The position numbers and the translations under genes are program-made. Below the pieces are notes generated by a model. That model ran no database searches, was not told the origin of the DNA, and saw only the letters and a program-made list of their open reading frames with translations. A stretch of 64,000 nucleotides of DNA from Spirochaetia bacterium. GTDB taxonomy: Bacteria > Spirochaetota > Spirochaetia > DSM-2461. Location: the NCBI GenBank assembly GCA_963666985.2, contig CAXXIA010000003.1, positions 32,001 to 96,000 of the forward strand, written 5' to 3'. This document shows positions 60,171 through 64,000 of the stretch, piece by piece (within the stretch, counting starts at the first letter, position 1; every line of letters begins with the position of its first letter).

Positions 60171-60973
60171 ACGCTGTACCGTGTACCTTTTGAGTGTTTG
60201 CCGGTAATGTAATCTTCCGTCCGCTTGTCCGAAGGATTCACCAGGATGTCGTCCGTATCCTCATATTCCACCAATTCTCCGTATCCCCCCGCGCCGGGAA
60301 GAAACAGGGCGGTTTTTTCGGCGAGCCGTCCGGCTTGAAGATGATCATGCGTGGCGAAAATGACTCCGACATCCTCCTTAAGCTGAATAAGAACGTCTTC
60401 AATACGGCCGGTGGCGATGGGATCGAGACGGCTGGTGGGTTCGTCCAAAAGGAGCGCGTCCGGTCCAACCGCCAGCGCCCGGGCGATGCAGAGCCGCTGC
60501 CGCTGTCCGCCCGAAAGGCGCAGGGCGCTCTTGCGGAGCATTCCCTTCACCTCGTTCCACAGTCCCGCGCGCTTAAGGCAGTTCTCCACGAGTTCATCGT
60601 AATCGCCATTATAACCGTTTACCCGCGCGCCCCAGGCCACGTTTTCCCAAATACTTCTGGGGAAACAGGTCGGTTCGGAACTGATGAAGCTGAGTCTTCT
60701 CCTGAGTTCTTCGGGCGAAAGTTCGTTTCGATACGCGTCTTCTCCGTAAAAAAATACGGAGCCTTCAACGGAAGATCCGGATTTCAGCTCAATTAGACGG
60801 TTCAGCGCAAGCAGAAGACTGGTTTTCCCGGTTCCCGTCGGTCCGATGAGCGCCGTGACGGCGCGATTGTCGAAATCCATGGAAACATCTCCCACAACGG
60901 GTGTTTCATTATAGGAAACGGTGAGATGCCTGACACAAAGAAAATCACGGCCATCGGCCGCATGAGAACTCAT
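60167..60973 (-). CDS. pstB: Phosphate ABC transporter ATP-binding protein
   Basis: TALIGPTGTGKT, LSGGQRQRLCIARALAV, DEPTSRLDP, RTEDYITG; ATG at 60973 overlaps the pstA stop. Confidence 0.9.
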   Translation of the reverse strand: MSSHAADGRDFLCVRHLTVSYNETPVVGDVSMDFDNRAVTALIGPTGTGKTSLLLALNRLIELKSGSSVEGSVFFYGEDAYRNELSPEELRRRLSFISSEPTCFPRSIWENVAWGARVNGYNGDYDELVENCLKRAGLWNEVKGMLRKSALRLSGGQRQRLCIARALAVGPDALLLDEPTSRLDPIATGRIEDVLIQLKEDVGVIFATHDHLQAGRLAEKTALFLPGAGGYGELVEYEDTDDILVNPSDKRTEDYITGKHSKGTRYSV

Positions 60974-61989
60974 CGAAGCCCCTCCCGGCGTCTGGAGATG
61001 CGACGGCGCCATGTGTATGAAATGATGTTCAATAACAGTATGCACAGAAGCAGAACCAATGCCGAGGAGGCCGCAAGATTTCTATGAATCTCATCGGGTC
61101 TGAGCGACCATTGGAAAACCTGTGCCGGAAGAATGATGAATCTGTCGCCGAGCCCCCTGGGCGCTGCGGAAACATATTGGGATGCCCCGAGAACGATGAA
61201 CGGCGAGGCCAAACCCAGAAGGCCTGCCGAGATTCGCACGGTCTCGGCGAAAACGGCTTCAATGGACGCGGGGAGAATTTGACGGAACACGACCGTCGAC
61301 CATGAAGCGCCCAGCGCGTAGGCGGCCGTTCGGATTTCTTCAAGTACCAGATCGATTTCGCGAACCATCATCACCGTCAGCTTCGGAAGCGCGACCAAAG
61401 CCATAAGCAGAGCGGCGCTGCCGACGCTCCTGACTCCGAATCCCGGAAAAGAGTGCTCAAGCCGGCCGAAAAGAGCCAAAGCGAAGATTCCGTATAAAAC
61501 ATGCGGAACCCGCATAAATTGGTTTATTACGGCGGAAGCTATTCGCGCCGACTTGGAAACCGTTATTGAAGAATCAATCCAGAGGGCCGTCAGCAGAGCC
61601 GTGGGAAAAGATATCATCAGTCCCAGTATGAGAATCCAGAACGAACCGGCGAGAACCGCAAGCAGCCCGGTATCCTCCGGACTCGCTGAAGGTCCGGAAA
61701 ACACGAACTTAGGCGTTAATCCGAAATGAAACGAGCGTATCGCTTCGGAGCCGCAGTTTTCAAGTTCCATTCCGATTTCATCCCGATCCAGAACGGAACG
61801 AAGTAATGTCCATTGGCGAACGGGCCGTCCTTCGATACTGATGCGAGTGCCCATGGAACGGTCCGCGAGTGTTAAGACCATAAAGGTCAGGACCAGAAGA
61901 GGAACGAATGAAAAAACAATGATGAGCATCCGCAGAAACGAATCCCGGCGGCGGCGTTTATCGGAAAGGCCCGGTCCGTTTCCGTTCAT
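60970..61989 (-). CDS. pstA: Phosphate ABC transporter permease PstA
   Basis: VPHVLYGIFAL, AAYALGAS.STVVFRQILPA, LPAQVFQW; operon context. Confidence 0.82.
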   Translation of the reverse strand: MNGNGPGLSDKRRRRDSFLRMLIIVFSFVPLLVLTFMVLTLADRSMGTRISIEGRPVRQWTLLRSVLDRDEIGMELENCGSEAIRSFHFGLTPKFVFSGPSASPEDTGLLAVLAGSFWILILGLMISFPTALLTALWIDSSITVSKSARIASAVINQFMRVPHVLYGIFALALFGRLEHSFPGFGVRSVGSAALLMALVALPKLTVMMVREIDLVLEEIRTAAYALGASWSTVVFRQILPASIEAVFAETVRISAGLLGLASPFIVLGASQYVSAAPRGLGDRFIILPAQVFQWSLRPDEIHRNLAASSALVLLLCILLLNIISYTWRRRISRRREGLR

Positions 61990-62860
61990 CGTAATCTCTC
62001 CGCGGAAGCGATACGTGCGACTTTGTCGCCGAGAAGGTTCAGCGAAATCGTTACCAGAAAAAGCAGGGTTCCGAAGGCGAAGATGGTATTCTGTCCTCCG
62101 GATCCGGTGCGAAGAAGAAAACCGGTGATGGTCTCCGCCGCCGCAAGAACATCATGGGTTTGTCTGGGCCGGCTCCGGCCGCCATACCGACGATAATGGA
62201 TTCACCGAGGGCCCGTGCGAACCCTAAAAGAACCGCCGAGAAAAAGCCCGGAAGAGCGTTCGGAAGAACAATACGCAGGAGCGTTTCGGCCTTCGTTGCT
62301 CCCAGGGCCATGGCCGCCGTACGGATATCCGCCTGTGTTTCCTCAAGAGCGGAGGCAAGCAGACCCGTGACATACGGTGTGAGGAAAATCCCCAAAACCA
62401 ATCCGGCCGACAGGGTGTTGTACGGCTGTACTCTTCCCTCTCCGAAAATCCCCTGAAGAAGCGGAGTAACGAACATCAGGGCGAACAGCCCGTAAATAAC
62501 GGCCGGAATGGATGATAATATTTCCTGAATGAGTCGAAACCGCCTTTTCGAATCATCGGGAGCATAATCGCTTATATAGAGGGCAAGAGCCAAAGACCAG
62601 GGAACGGCGAACAGCACGGCGATGAGGGCCGTTCGAAGCGAGGCGCCGATAAAAGCGCGGGCACCGTAGGCTCCGGTTTGGGGATTCCACGCCGCTTTGA
62701 AGAGGAACTCGCCGAAAGGAACATTCCCTTCACGGAAAAATCGTATCGCGCCTCCGGCCATAACGAACACGAGAAGAGCCAGAAGAAAGACCGAAAGCAA
62801 AGCGCCGAAACGGAGAAAAATCACTCCGATCGACGGTATGCGGAGCCGGAAGGATTTCAT
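61986..62860 (-). CDS. pstC: Phosphate ABC transporter permease PstC, frameshifted near 62166
   Basis: SSIPAVIYG, AAMALGATKAET, ARALGES; adding one base in a C-run restores ETITG...FAFGTLLFLVTISLN, ending in an ATGA overlap with pstA. Confidence 0.85.
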
Positions 62861-62864
62861 GGCT

Positions 62865-63751
62865 TTATTGATCCTCTTCCAAAGACGAGAGCACCCGTAA
62901 ACCGTCCGCGATGACTTTATTGGAAGGAGGCAGAAATCCCGGAGGTTTATCTCCGGCGGCGACCGATTCCAAAACGAATCGAACGAAATCCTCCGCTATA
63001 ACGGATGTTTTTTCATCCGCGGCGTCGAAATAAAGATACAAAGGTCTGGATAAAGGATAATCGGAGCCGTCCTCGGGCAGGAATCCATCGATACTCAGTA
63101 TCGTCAGCTCATCTTTTCGATCCGCATAATACGAATAACCGAAAAAAACCCAAGGCCCACGGATCCCCGAGAAGTCCCTGAACGAGAACATGATCATCCT
63201 CGGAAAGCTGCAGGCCGGAAGAAGAGAGGATGGAGCCGGCAAATCCGCTGAAAAGAGTCGAAACGATAAAGTCGAACGTCCCCGAGTCCTGTCCCGGATA
63301 ATATTTTTCTATGGGTTCGTCCGGCCATTCAAGACGAACTTCGCCCCACGTATCGGATGTAAGGAGCTTCGGCAATTCCGCCATGGAGACATCATCGGAA
63401 ACGCCTCCTCCCGTACACACGGCAACGGCATCCATGGCCACGACAATCCCTACGGTTTCTTTCCCGAGCGATATCGCTTCCATTTTTTCTTTCATCGTCA
63501 TCGCCCGCGAGGCCGAAACCACATCACATTCATTATGAAGATATCGGCGGATTCCGGCACCGGAGCCGATGGAATCCAAAGAGACGGTTCCCTCAAATCC
63601 CGATTGCACATACTTATCGAGCATGATTTCAATCAACGGCGCCAGAGTCGAGGAACCGGAAACGGAAAAAACCTTTTGAGCGCTCTTCCCTAAAACAGGA
63701 CGTGGTCAAACAAACAAAAAAAGTTAGGATAAACAAAATATAAGTACGCAT
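62865..63751 (-). CDS. pstS: Phosphate-binding lipoprotein PstS, two homopolymer frameshifts
   Basis: MRTYILF...LTTSC lipobox, SGSSTLAP, GSGAG, SASR, DSGTFDF, GYSYY, YPLSRPLYLY; one extra base in the A-runs at 63666-63671 and 63142-63148. Confidence 0.85.
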
Positions 63752-63799
63752 GGAGACTCCAAATAATCAGTCTACGATGATTGCTGGGTGTGAGGGTTA

Positions 63800-63816
63800 T
63801 GTTAACCGAATGTTAA
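63800..63816 (-). promoter_or_regulatory. Pho-box-like direct repeat TTAACA-N5-TTAACA
   Basis: Two perfect TTAACA hexamers at 11-bp period about 50 bp upstream of pstS. Confidence 0.65.
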
Positions 63817-63897
63817 TTTAAGATGAGCAATCGATGCTGCCCCGCAAAAATCCTCCTCATTCCTGATTTTTCCACTTATTCATGTCCCATAGATACT

Positions 63898-63994
63898 TGA
63901 GGCGATTTCAAAAATCAATGATTTTTGAAATGAAGCTCTTCCGAACGGATTCGGAGTAATTTCGGCCGCCGCCGACAAACAATTTCATGAATTA
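63898..63994 (+). repeat. Three-hairpin intergenic repeat, copy E (right end degenerate, at window edge)
   Basis: TGAGGCGATTTCAAAAATCAATGATTTTTGAAATGAAGC...TTTCGGCC...CAATTTCATGAATTA. Confidence 0.8.
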
Positions 63995-64000
63995 GTTAAA

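Overview
Gene-dense, moderately GC-rich bacterial chromosome segment. It is most likely from a free-living Spirochaetota: this is inferred from the FAGG-type and lipobox signal peptides, a BMP lipoprotein, an MCP and a FecR/beta-barrel cluster. Contents in order: (1) a sugar-catabolic operon with two tandem DeoC paralogues, a VOC protein, an FGGY kinase and a sugar-binding lipoprotein, divergent from a DUF89 phosphatase; (2) nucleotide/nucleoside salvage genes (5'-nucleotidase, deoD, and an operon of ADP-ribosylglycohydrolase, BMP-type ABC transporter, two nucleoside hydrolases and a deaminase-like enzyme); (3) a two-component-regulated uronic-acid/glycosaminoglycan utilisation locus (ABC transporter, DUF2264, GH2, heparinase II/III-like, GH88); (4) PadR/methyltransferase, ribokinase, MCP and HD-GYP genes; (5) a 3.5-kb relic island at the radC 3' end carrying a molybdopterin enzyme and LysR; (6) a four-gene envelope operon (periplasmic protein, beta-barrel, FecR-domain protein, lipoprotein); (7) ndk, a J-domain gene and pstSCAB-phoU with a Pho-box-like repeat. 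Non-coding highlights: a five-copy ~110-bp three-hairpin repeat with compensatory changes, a second MITE that supplies a stop codon, duplicated palindromic PadR operators and an 11-bp tandem repeat. Several genes carry single-base frameshifts that look like long-read errors. No rRNA, tRNA, CRISPR array, transposase or integrase was recognised.
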